A stretch of DNA of 42,615 nucleotides. Source: Klebsormidium nitens. Lineage: Eukaryota; Plantae; Klebsormidiophyceae. The translations under genes and the position numbers were made by a program. The DNA is taken from contig DF237656.1 in NCBI GenBank assembly GCA_000708835.1, forward strand, positions 1 to 42,615, written 5' to 3'. Shown here in pieces: positions 30,201 through 41,152 of the stretch. The notes beneath the pieces were generated by a model. That model was not told the origin of the DNA. It did not search any database and saw only the letters and a program-made list of their open reading frames with translations. Position 1 is the stretch's first letter. Each line of letters begins with the position of its first letter.

Positions 30201-33200
30201 TGCGCGTCTGGGGGATCCCCAGGGGCGGGGCATGATGAGTTTCCTAGTGTTAAGGGACTTCGTCCTGCAGGGAGTCGAGTTCACCCCAGCCCCAGGGATC
30301 AAGGTCTTGACACCGGCGAGCCACCGCGAGAGCCTCGACGCACGGGGCTTCATTGCGTTTGAGCCGCATCCCGATGACATTGCGCTGTTTGCGGGGGCGT
30401 TTGTGTGTGAGGCGAAGGGCGTGGTGCCCGTTCACATGATCAGCTGCATGCCGGACCCGGCGGGGATCACGGACCAGTACCTGGCGGACTTGCTCGCGCT
30501 GACCACGTTCGCTATCGATAACCCCAACGTCAGCAGCAGGTGAGGCGGGTTGCTAATCCAAACTGTCTGTCTAAACCTGGTTTGAAGTACTTATGGACCA
30601 TTATCTGGCGGACCTGCTTGCGCTGACCACGTTTGCCATTGATAACCCGAACGTCAGCAGCAGGTGAGGCACTAACCTATCCCTTGAGGACTCCCAAGAA
30701 ACTATTTGTGATGGTTAGGTCCGGGTGCTTGAAGCCAGTGAACCGCAACCTGCTCGCAGTAAACCCAACCACTATTAATAGCCAGCAGCGGGTGGCTTCT
30801 TGCTCCCCCAGTTTCCGGAGTTGAAGTACGGGTGAGTGCTGACGATGATTGGCAGCAGATGAAGCGAGTTTGACTGGGGGTAGTGCTGAGAGCAGCAACC
30901 GGGATCAGCTGCTGTCGAAGCAGAGTCATCAACTCTTCAGGTTTGCTGTTCTCTTTCCGAGAAAGTACACTATGGAACCCCCCGGGACCTGTCCGCACCA
31001 GTGGAAGTTATCTGAGGAGAGCGAATACCATCTCCCTTGCAGGCTGGTCCACGCCAAGCTTATTGGGCGGTCCGTCTTCGGCGAGCGCAGCGAGGCGAGC
31101 GACGCGGCCGCCAAGCTGCGTGGCCTGTTCACACCGCGCGAGCAGCTCGCGCTGGCCAACCGGTTCAAGATGAATTTCCCTGCGTTGGATATGGGCGAAG
31201 TGGACCGGATCCGGAACCTATTCACACCGACAGACTGGCGGCGGCACAAGCGGAGCCTGCGCGTGTATGAGGGGTACCTTGGCTTCCAGTACATGGGCCA
31301 AGAGACGGACGGTGAGAATACACTCTGGCCGTAACTTGGTCGGTTAAAAGCTTAAACTTGGTCGGTCAAGAGCTTGAATTAACTTCTCTATAGGAGAATT
31401 TTGTTCTTTGTTGATGATATCTTGGGGGCTATAGGCTTGCCAGAGAGCTTCTTACGGTTGTAAAGGTCTATGACAGCAGTCAAAGTTCGGGTCCTCTAGA
31501 TCGATCAGTGATCGAATGGAGTCTTTGCCTTCCCTCTGCTCAACAACTAAGCTTATCCAGCTTTTCCTTTGCGTTTGCTGGACCTCTCTGGACTCCTCGC
31601 TCTTAGTACACTTCTAAGAGATACGCGATTATGGTATGAAATTGCCCGTCTTTGATTCCTCTTCCTCGCACCCAGCTTTATGCAGCCGCCCTTTCAAGAA
31701 CGAGAGCCGCTCTGCCGATTTGACATCAGCTGTCATTTTGTAAACAATTGAAGTAGTGTTCTTCGGTCGTTTGCATGCAGAGACGGACTACACGAACATG
31801 GTGTGGGACCTGCCGCTGGTCAAGGGCGCATTCTCACCAAACGGCACCCTCCTTTCCTACTGGTCCAAGTACCAGGCGCCCAGCGAGAAAGACGCCATGA
31901 AGTTGCGCCTGACGCTGCGCTCCCTCAAGCACATGGGGTAAGTGACTCTGTTTCGTGAGATTGGCAGCTTGTGAAAGGCAGGTTCAGGAGCTTTGACGCC
32001 TTGAAACCAGGCACCAACTTGGTGAATATGAATATTCCTATCTGGAAATGGGCAAGTCTTACGACCTGAGTGATGGATGGCAGCCTTCGGGGTTTTGGAC
32101 GGTTTGGATTTCACGAGGTTTCTTTGATGTAAGCCCGAGAACGAATCTCCAAGGGATCGAACCAGTTCGAAAACCTGTTGCATAACCTTAATCCGAAGAT
32201 CCAAAACCGTTCCCCTGTTTCTAGCGCGCAATGCGGGCCCATCGCCATCCCACAAAGTTTCAAGGCGCTAACCCAGTCTGCGACCCCTCTGCAGGATCTC
32301 AACCGCTAAGTCCTTATCGTTGGAGGCGCTGACTCAGTTCTTTAACCCTGCTTCAGAACCGTGATTCTGCCCGCCCCCCACTACCGCCACCCGCAGCACC
32401 GCCAGCTGTCGAACCTATCTTTAAGTTGACATTCCAAATACGTTAACCCAGATAGATTTCAGCTGCTAAATCATAACCCGCTAACCTAGTCTGTAACCCA
32501 AGTGCAGAATCGTAATCCTGCCCGCCCCTCACCACCTTAACCCACAGCACCGCCAGCTGACGAACTTTCAAAACTTATATCAAAGGTGCAAGCACAGTTT
32601 CGAACCATCTGCATAACCCCCATCTGCTAATCCAGTTCTTAACCCTTTCTGCAGAACCGTAATTCTGCCCGCCCCCCAACACCGCTACCCACAGCACCGC
32701 CAGCTGACGAACTTTGGAACCTTCCTTAAAAGGTGCAAGCACAGTTTTAAACCTTTGCATAACCCTCATCTCCTAACCCAGTTTTTGACCGTTCTGCAGA
32801 ACCGTCATTTTGCCCGCCCCCCACCACCGACACCCGCAGCACCGCCAGCTGACGCGGGTCGCGCTTCCGTTGATCCAAGAGGAGCTGCCTCACGCGAACA
32901 TCATGCTGTACGAGGACCTCACCGGGTTCACGCACCTGCGTGCCAATATGCTGAACTGCATCGAGGGCGGAACCGGCATGTGGATGGCCAAGTGAGTATT
33001 TGAAGGCGGTTTCTGTGGCAAATCTGTGGTCTCTTGAGGAAGGAGCCTGTCTGTTCTTGGTTCGGTGTTTAAAGTTTGGCCTGGATTTGTATTGATGCGT
33101 TTCGGTGTTCCTGGCTGTAAGATGGGCGTAGAATACGCAGGTTCCTCGAAATCAAACGGTGCAGAGATAGTTACCCAGCCCTTTCCCAGGACGTTGACTG

Positions 33201-33701
33201 TCAAGGTTGTGACGCCGTTGTGTTTGGCGCCTGACGTCATGTCCACTGACCCGCCCACTTTCAGCGGGGGTGTTGCGCTCATGATTTTATCCCAAGCACG
33301 CTTGGACGAGCTTTCGTACTTGAATTCAACAGCACAACGCTCTCGTTACACAACTGATTGGGAACGCTGCAAACGTAAGTACCCTACAGATGGAAGAGCA
33401 GGGAAAGTTGTCAAAGAGCCAGGTGTTAGAAGGTTGGGTTTTTTGCCACTTTCAGATAGCTCGCGAAGCTGCTGCTTTCTGCGTTCAGAAATATCTGAAC
33501 CCGGCCTCTGTTTCTTCCAGGGTTTGGGAGGCGTATGGCAGCCAGGAGGCTCGGAACCCGTACCGCGCGATGTGGTACAACCACGTCCGGCGGGCCGCTC
33601 TTCGAGAGGCTGACGTCATCGAGGAGCAAGTGCACGACGAGAAGTGGCAGCACCTCGCGGAGCGTTTCGTCGTGGGCACTCTCAAAAAGGTTGCGGCATA
33701 A
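27210..33701 (+). CDS. Large divergent LmbE/PIG-L-family (de-N-acetylase-like) protein with an uncharacterised N-terminal half, at least 748 aa, at least 7 exons; start provisional
   Basis: Exons 27210-27329, 28344-28946, 29815-30539, 31043-31311, 31781-31937, 32800-32991 and 33521-33701 join in frame with matching phases. LmbE-like motifs appear in the expected order: FIAFEPHPDDIALFAG...VHMIS, VWDLPL, VILPAPHHRHPQHRQL, IMLYE, KVWEAYGSQ. The frame is open upstream to ~26985, so further 5' exons are possible. Confidence 0.55.
30540..30800 (+). repeat. Copy of the exon end (23 codons) and donor in the intron after exon 29815-30539
   Basis: 30596-30663 plus GTGAGG repeats 30472-30539 plus GTGAGG at a 124-nt offset. 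A decayed unit lies near 30745-30795. Confidence 0.92.
32300..32799 (+). repeat. Tandem array (145-151 nt period) of the acceptor and first ~19 codons of exon 32800-32991
   Basis: cag|AACCGTxATTxTGCCCGCCCC...CAGCACCGCCAGCTG with AG at 32355-56, 32506-07, 32653-54 and 32798-99 (functional). Confidence 0.92.
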
Positions 33702-36092
33702 TCGCAATCAGGTTAGATATCTTGCGGCTTAACCCGCTTTCGTAAGTTGCACATGCAGTGACCTGGTGTTGGCACTGATGGGTGAGAAGTGGAGTTGTGG
33801 ACAGCCGGGATACGAGTCGTCCACGTTGACAGCAAAGGTGCGACCACTACTGCGCGCACCTTGTTTGTAATATATAGCACTTGAAATAATCAGCACGCCA
33901 CGAACGTTGATACCTTACAATGGGGTAGCAGAAAAAGCAATCGGAGGCACGTTGAGCCCTCTAGTCCTTCTGAGTGTCCGGTCTGATAGCGATTTACAAT
34001 GCCAAAAAGCGGGTTAGATCTGAGTGTCCTTGGAGGGAGAACGAATACAGCCGTCAAATAGGTGTTGACGAGTCAGATCTTTTCCAATAAAGCTGTAGTG
34101 AGTTCCCTTGCTTGAGCGTGTAGTGAGTTCCCTCGCGGAAAGACCATGTCACGTCTGAGTAGTTCAAGCTACTATGTTCGTGCTTTTCTTTGTAAGTAGG
34201 CATTCAGCCAATCGTCCTTGTGCGAGTCTTTGACCAGATTCGGTTTCGTATGCCACAAAAGTCTGGCCTTGGCGATTTGCGGTCGGATGGCGGTGGTTAC
34301 CATAGCAGCTCGTTTGCATAGATTGCGCTGCTCAGAGAGGAGCGCGCGTCATCTATGTCGATCTAAACACTTGATCAGCCGTCCAGTCCCATGCAGCTAA
34401 AAATAATCAATCAAATAGGTAGTGACAAATCCACATTATAACACGTCTATATATGGAGTAACAAGGGTTTATATTAAATTGACAGTGTGATGCCTTCTAC
34501 CGTCTGATCGGGCCTGCATAGGGCAGCTGAATTTTATACACTTGTGGATCTTGCATCCATCGACGGGATTTGCGGTTGTATACGCTGGCGGCAGCTGGCA
34601 CACATATGGCTGCTCGGAGCCGCTCCAACAGTCTTCGGAGCCCCCCTGAATCCGCAAATGGACGTTTGGTCTAGCTGCAGCCTGCTGGTGGGTACGATAC
34701 GCCTGTTCGCTGAGCTCTCCTTCGGCGGCTGCATGCAAGGATTCCCGACGAGACCGTGGCCTCAGCCTCCCTGGGGCCTCCGGGGCCACACGATCTATGT
34801 GCACCGGCATATGCCGCGCTAGTAGCTGTTTGGGAGCCTCCGAGTCAGTGCTCGTCGCTCGAACTTTCTGCCGCGCGGCCGCGCGGAAGCCTGTGTCGAC
34901 ATGAACGGAACCACCGGCACCGGAACCCTTCGAGGCGCGTTTTTGGCATGCCATTTTCTCTGCTGTCCAGTGTGCGCCAGTGTGCGCGCGAGCGTACGCG
35001 TCATTATTGAAAAGGGCGAAAGCCTCCGGAATGGTGTCGTGCAATGCCGCAGTACGACGTCGCAAAATGGGTGGCGACCACCTCCCAGGGACCTTCGCTT
35101 GTTCGTCCGCCTTATTACCCTTAAAAATCCGTCAAATCTCTGATGCGAGAAGAGTCCGGTCGACCGCTTTTCCAGGAGGTTCGATGGGCCACAGCAAAGA
35201 TGGAGCTGCTCATACCTGGCACTATATAATCTTACAGTAGATTCACGACTGTTTGTCGTTTTGTGCGATTATTGTAGGTCGGCCGACGGTCGCAGGCCCT
35301 CCGATGGAGATCCGCACGTGTGCTCAAAAGTCGCAGGCCGTCGATTGCATTTCCAGCCTGTTCCAGGGGGTACAACCGTCGCCTCGGAACCCTCCGGCCT
35401 ATTTGTGTCAAGAATATATGAATTTGCACATCGATATCGACGGTCTGAACCAGCTCGGCGCAAAAACGATATTATGACATGCCGAGTGCAGCACAGTGTG
35501 CTACCAATCTAGTTTGACACTAATCTTCTAGCGCTATCATGGGCCATGGCCTGAGGCTGCCGCCTTCCCTTCGAGGCGTGTGGCCAGTCTGAAAATCTCG
35601 ACTTCGATCAAAGTCCCAACTTCAACTTCAAGTTCCAACAGTCAGTACGCACGCTCTTGGACCCGCCAGAAAAAGTTCGGAATCGTCGATCGATGGGGGC
35701 AGCGGGGCAACCAAAAGAAGTTGAACCTTATCGGACGGCCGAAATGCGTCCCACCGATCCCTAAGTTCTCGCGATCCATCAAACGGCCGTGAAAATTCGA
35801 GATTTGGCTTAGCGTCACTTGACTGATAACGGTACCGTTGAGGATTTTGCCACCTGGCCCCCCGCTGCGAATGCGGCGCACCGCCGGAGTCGTTCGAAGC
35901 GGTTACTATCGAATTTGGGACCTTTCGGCGGCCCGCCGTCCCGGGTGCCCTCCCAGTCTAGAGCCGTGAGTACTTAGGGAAAGAGGGAGGCCGGAAGGAT
36001 GACCAAGGTTGGTCGGAGAGTTAGACACAGCTCCCAGTTGATTCTAAAGGGGCAGCTTCGTGCATGTTGGTGCATGTTTGGGGGTTTGAGTC

Positions 36093-39000
36093 ATGGCAGC
36101 CCCCACTGAGCACTACCAAGCCTCGGACCTAGCACAAATCGGGCGCGGTCTGTACTACATAGGCGAGGACAGCGTCCGACCGGGCGAGATTGGGCAGATT
36201 TCAAGCAACTGCATCACATGCAAGCAGCAAGTCTGGTCGAAAGCAGTCAGTACAGATAGGAGCTTGAGGCTGAGCCTGCGCAGGAGCACAATGAAGGGCT
36301 ACCTGGTGAGCTGCAGCGTTCCGAAGAGCAAGCAGAAACGCCAACTCCTGTGCCTGGGCTGCGTGGACAAGCTGATGGGCCAGCTGAGGCTCAGCACCGA
36401 TGCAGAGAGCGTGAGTCTGTGTGACCGCGGGCACAACGAGCAAGATGCGCTGCTGTTCGAGCGCCAGGCCTCGGGGAGCTGGAGGCAAACGCTGGAGCTG
36501 ACGAACGAGCTGCTGGAGGCTGTTGTGATCTCAAATGAGAGCACCGTGAGCAGGAAGAGGCCAAAAAAGGCGGAAGCTGAGAGCGCATTGAACAGGGGCA
36601 TGCAAGCCGGCAGCCGCGCGCGTGAGATGCTGGTGAGTGGAGATAATTTCTTAGTAGAACCTATGAGGATTTTCAATGCAGCAAGCGTCTGCCACTGATT
36701 GCGCTCGTCCCGCAAAATTCCAATGGACTCACTGCCTGGCATGCGCCCATTCTAAGAGAGGAAGCACAAGGACAGACTACATGCTGTTCATGGAATTTCT
36801 CATGGCCCGCCACCGGAAAGGCGGGTTGATGCATAAGATCCCAAATGCAATCTTGAGCTGCTCGTTCAGCTCCGATTGTGAGCAAGGCGTGAGGTTATTT
36901 TCCGAGAGCGGTGAGGAAGTGTGTTTGAAAGATCTGGTTGGCACCTGCAGCCTGAGGCCCACCTCGGCATTGCGGCCCAAGCTGCCCTCTTTCTGAGCGG
37001 CGTCCTGGAGGGCACGTGCCGCCTGGTCATTCCTGCTGGAATGGACGCATGTGAGGCCAACCCACCACGGCTCTACATGACATATTGGGACCACAACCGA
37101 GCGAGGCCGAAAGCGCTCGGTAAGCCCAGCAAGGAGAAGGCAATGCTCGAGGAATCCTGGTGGGATGGCTCAGGACACTCAAACTGCTCGTGCGATCGTG
37201 GCAGGCTGGCCAGGGACGCTCCTTGCGTTCACAAGCTGGTGCTTGCGGCCCTGGGCGCTACGGGGTTGCAGCAGGGGGATCTTCCCACTGCCAGGGAATT
37301 GGGGAGAGGAGCAGGGCTGGTCGAGCAGGTGGGCGTGGACTCCACGGGGCGCTTCTTTGCAGCGAGGAGCAGCCCCAGGGGGGTCAGTCCGGCGCACAAG
37401 ATGCTGCATCGAAGCGTCGAGGGTGTCTGGTACTGTCAAGGCAAGAGAGACGGCTGTCCGTCGCAGCATGACTGCAGCCACATTCTCGCTGCCAAGCTGG
37501 CCATCCAGGCGGGGCATGTCCATTTTGTACAGGGGCTACTTCTTGGGCAGGATGCCCTAAGTAGAGCAAGGCAGTGGTTGGAGCAATGGGACGGAGCGCT
37601 GCCGTTGCTCGGCGGGAGCGGGGGAAGCAGCGAGTTGCGTGCGAGCTGCGAAGGGGCCGGCGAGGAGGAGGCGCACCTGATGGGGCTCATCTCCGGGCAA
37701 CGGCATGAGCCGGCCGGATGCGCTGGTGCGGACTGCTTCTGCCAGGAGCACCAGCAATTGTTCGGAGTGGCTGAGCCGTCCACATCGCAAAACCAGGGGG
37801 CGGACGTCAGTGAGCCATGGAGGGGGTTGCGCAGGAGCAAGCAGTGGTGGAGGAGTCACGCGGGCGGGGCTCCTTCGACCGCGGCACCCCAGAGAGTTCA
37901 GGAGCCGCCCGCGGAGGCGTTGGGCAAGGACGCGATCCGATGCTGGGTCGCCTCCTGCGGCAGCTGCACGCTGGAGGGTGCCCAACGGGGATGCCAGCAT
38001 GAGGGCAAGGGAAGGGCGCCGGTCATGGTTCAGGAGACGCAGGCGGTCCAGGTGACCCAGCCGAAGCTGAGCCAGCTGAGCGACGCCCCGGATTTCCACG
38101 ACCCGTGGGTGATGCGGCTGAGGTGNNNNNNNNNNNNNNNNNNNNTTTCCACGACCCGTGGGTGATGCGGCTGAGGTGCGGGCCGATTCGCGTCAGCAAG
38201 CTGGTGGGGCGGGACTTCGAGGAGCTGGGCAACCTCGGTATGCTGAGCGCGCCGTGCCCTCTCGAACAGCCTCCCTGTGACGAGAATTGGGTGGAGCTGT
38301 GGCAGGATGCGGTAGTGCATGCCTCGACTTGGAGCCAGGCCGTGCGCACCAGGATCTACTCCTGCAAATGCCCGAGGAAGCACACCATTCATTTCGATGG
38401 GGAGCATTTGGGGCTCTACGTCTGGAGCCGCCAGACGATCGTCGTGCAGGAAAGCCTCCAGCTGCTGCTCAAGCAGATGCAGAGGGGCCAGTCGGGATTC
38501 GGGGCGCTGCTGGAGGGCCAGCAAGAGGCCTTCCGGAGGGCACCAGAGTGCGCCGTACTATCCGAGGAGACATGGCGGAAGGCCAGCCTCGATTTCTTCC
38601 GGCTGGTGGGGCGGCAGATCATGGAGTGCTGTAGCATATGCGGTCCGCATCCGGAGGTGAGCATCTTGATCGGAGGAACTTAAAGGAAGATGAGGCCGCT
38701 TGAAAGGGCATAGCAGTTGAATTGGTGATGGCACCTTGGATACGTTTTGAAAGCAAGTGTAGGCTCAGGGGATAGCTGCTTTACTCAAGGCATGATTTCG
38801 ATGAAACCCGTAGGGAGTCCTCGCACCTATTGCTTTTGCCGGTTGATGGATCAGTTCTGATGAACCTGCTCGATCATGCTTCCGCAGGTTCTACTCTGCG
38901 ATGGGATCGTGGGAATTGCCAATTCGGATGGGGGAAAGCGGCCGGGGGGGCTGGCGTCGAGCTCGCACGATTTCCGCAGGCCGTTCACACATCCAAGCCG

Positions 39001-40850
39001 GTCTGCGGACGGCGCCGCACTCGAGAAGCAATTGGTTGCGGGGCGCGACTACTGTGCTGCAGGACTGGAGGGCGGGGGCATGAAGCGGCGGCTGGTATTG
39101 CAACCGGAGCTGCGGGAGTTGATAGCGCGCGTCTCTCGGCATCGACCGGTGAGCGAGAAGCTGGGTCAGCGGCTGAGCGAGGGCGAGTACCTGGGTTTGA
39201 AGGGGTCCCTCGCCAACGACGACGTACGACTCGTGACCCGCTTCGTTCCGGGCGATGGCGAGGGCCCGGTGCCAGCGAACACCAGACGCCGCCTCTTGGT
39301 CGAGCAGCGCCAGATGGTGCGGGACAAAAATCGGGCGATGCTGCGCTTGCTGGAGGGGATCGAGCTCGAGCAAGCGGCGAGGGGTGGGAGCCCGCGTTTG
39401 TGGGAGCATTGGCCATGCGAGTGGGGCGAATTGCTATACGACCTGGGCGCACACGATTCGGACGACGGCGTCATCGGCCACTCCGACGGGCTGGCTGTGG
39501 TCCGGGAGCTACTCTTGGGGAGGGACGCGAGCGTCGAGGACCGCCGCCAGCTGGGGGAGCACTCTCCCATTTTGCGGCGCGTGCTGGACGCCCAGGGCGG
39601 GCACCGCTTTCCAGCTTTCTTTATGCTCGCTCTGCACCACCTCTACGAGCTCACGCTGCTGGCTCGCGGCAACACCGGGTACGGCGATGGGATGCAGGAG
39701 GGCTGGGTCGTCGCCGCTCTGCGGCCGCTGGGGCGCGCGGTCGCGCTGCAGCATCTGAGCCGGGAGCGGGGGCCGCTCACCGAGGCGGAGGCCGCGTCGC
39801 TGGCAGAGGCTCGGACGAGCGCGCAAGACCTTCTCCCAGGCGTAGAGGGCTCGCAGCCTAACGCACTGCAGTGGGAGGCCATGAGCCAGCTAGTAGAGAG
39901 GGGGTTGCTGCGCGGCCGGCTGGGGCGGGACGAGGAGGGCAATCGGATGCATCCGCTCCCTGCTGGGCACACCTTCAGAGCCGAGCAGGATGCGTTGGGG
40001 CACTACGCGCTGCCGGGGTGGGAGCAGAAGCGGGGCTTGCCGCGATACACGTCGTTCGAGCACGAGGATGGGCGCAGCAGAACGTCGGAGGAGTTCAAAT
40101 GCGCAACCGGACAGACGGTGGGCGACTGGGACGCCGCGAACGTCCCGGGACTGGTCAAGGGGGGTAGCAAGTCGACGAAGAGGGGCAAGCGCCCCCACCG
40201 CAGCCGGGGCGCCTTCGTTCTCTGCTGCACGCACCGCGTCATCTCGGGCTTCCACTTCTTCCTCCGAGGGGAGAGCCTCCGCGATGCGTTCGCGGTTTTG
40301 TACACGCGCCTGGACCGGGAGGAGCTCCCTAAGTACGTCGTGTACGATAACGCGTGCCAGCTGAGGAACTACTGCATGCGCCGCGAGCCCGCGTTCTTCT
40401 CCGACGTGACCTTCGTCGTGGACAGGTAAGCGTCCGCTCAACCACAAGTTTCGGCTCCTGCTGGTCGATTCCGTTACAGATCGAGTCATTCCAGCAAATG
40501 GCGAGAGTGTTGCAATAGCGAGCTCGCTAATGCGGCGTTCGCTTCCATGCAGGTTCCATTATGCAAAAGCCGGGGCAGAGGTGCACAAATGTGGACCTAG
40601 CAACGCCACCGAGTACTACGACGCCCTCCGATGGGTCAACACCTCTGCCGTGGAGTCCGTCAACAGCTTCCTGAAGAAGTTCCGGGTGCTCGGGTGGTAC
40701 TCAGGACTCTCGAGCCTCATGGTGTTTTTGCCCATCCTGCTCAGCGGCTTCAACGTCGACCTGAGCAGGGTGGACGACGCCAAATTGTCCATAGCTGTGC
40801 CGGCGAGGCTGTGGAGCGAGGCCTTTAGGGCAGTGCTGCTGGGGAGGTAG
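36093..40850 (+). mobile_element. KDZ (Kyakuja-Dileera-Zisupton)-type transposase gene with N-terminal Cys clusters, two SWIM-like fingers, a CxC4-like domain and an RNase H-fold core (HMGXB3-like C-terminus)
   Basis: Probable exons 36093-36632, 36682-36888, 36951-38656 (across a spurious gap), 38888-40425 and 40553-40850; the first two introns are less certain. Motifs: CSCDRGRLARDAPCVH and WYCQ...CSH (SWIM-like), IYSCKC...DFFRL...CSICGPHPE|VLLCDG, GAFVLCCTH, YVVYDNACQL, VDR|FHY...HKC, NTSAVESVNS. No TIRs were found by eye. Confidence 0.75.
38126..38145. other. Assembly gap (20 N) with duplicated flanks
   Basis: 33 nt at 38093-38125 are repeated exactly at 38146-38178. Collapsing them restores a continuous reading frame. 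Confidence 0.9.
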
Positions 40851-41152
40851 TTGCAGTAGATGCAGTCCTACAGGGTTTCAGTCCTATGATCAGTCCACGA
40901 ATCTGAAGGAAATTAAAGGTAGGGAGGTAGCTGTCTCCCAGCTTTCTTTGTATATACAGAAGATGAGCAATTGATGTGGTGTGAGAAGGCTTCTCTTCTC
41001 TTCTATATATAAAAATAGAAATTTATAACTACTTTAACTACCTAGTTACAAAACAGTACGTAAATCATTTGGAAAACGGAAATTTTTTGACACCTACCTT
41101 CGGACCTACTCAAGCCTACCTCACCTACTCCCGCGACTTGCTCGTCCGCCGT

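Noticed and set aside
2050-32799. Echo arrays as assembly artefacts or CRISPR-like arrays
   Set aside because: Units are diverged from each other and from the exon, unlike the exact gap-flank duplications. They also lack a constant-repeat/unique-spacer layout, there are no cas genes, and the DNA is eukaryotic.
34900-35512. Possible two-exon small gene (ORFs 34901-35143 and 35261-35512, with an acceptor-like ttttccag at ~35175)
   Set aside because: No recognisable motif and an ambiguous donor, so it cannot be supported without transcripts.
38093-38178. Apparent frameshift or duplication inside the KDZ gene
   Set aside because: An exact 33-nt duplication across a 20-N gap is a scaffolding overlap, and collapsing it restores the frame.
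33700-41150. Terminal inverted repeats or TSD for the KDZ element
   Set aside because: No convincing inverted match between 33.7-36.1 kb and 40.85-41.15 kb by eye; it needs multi-copy alignment.
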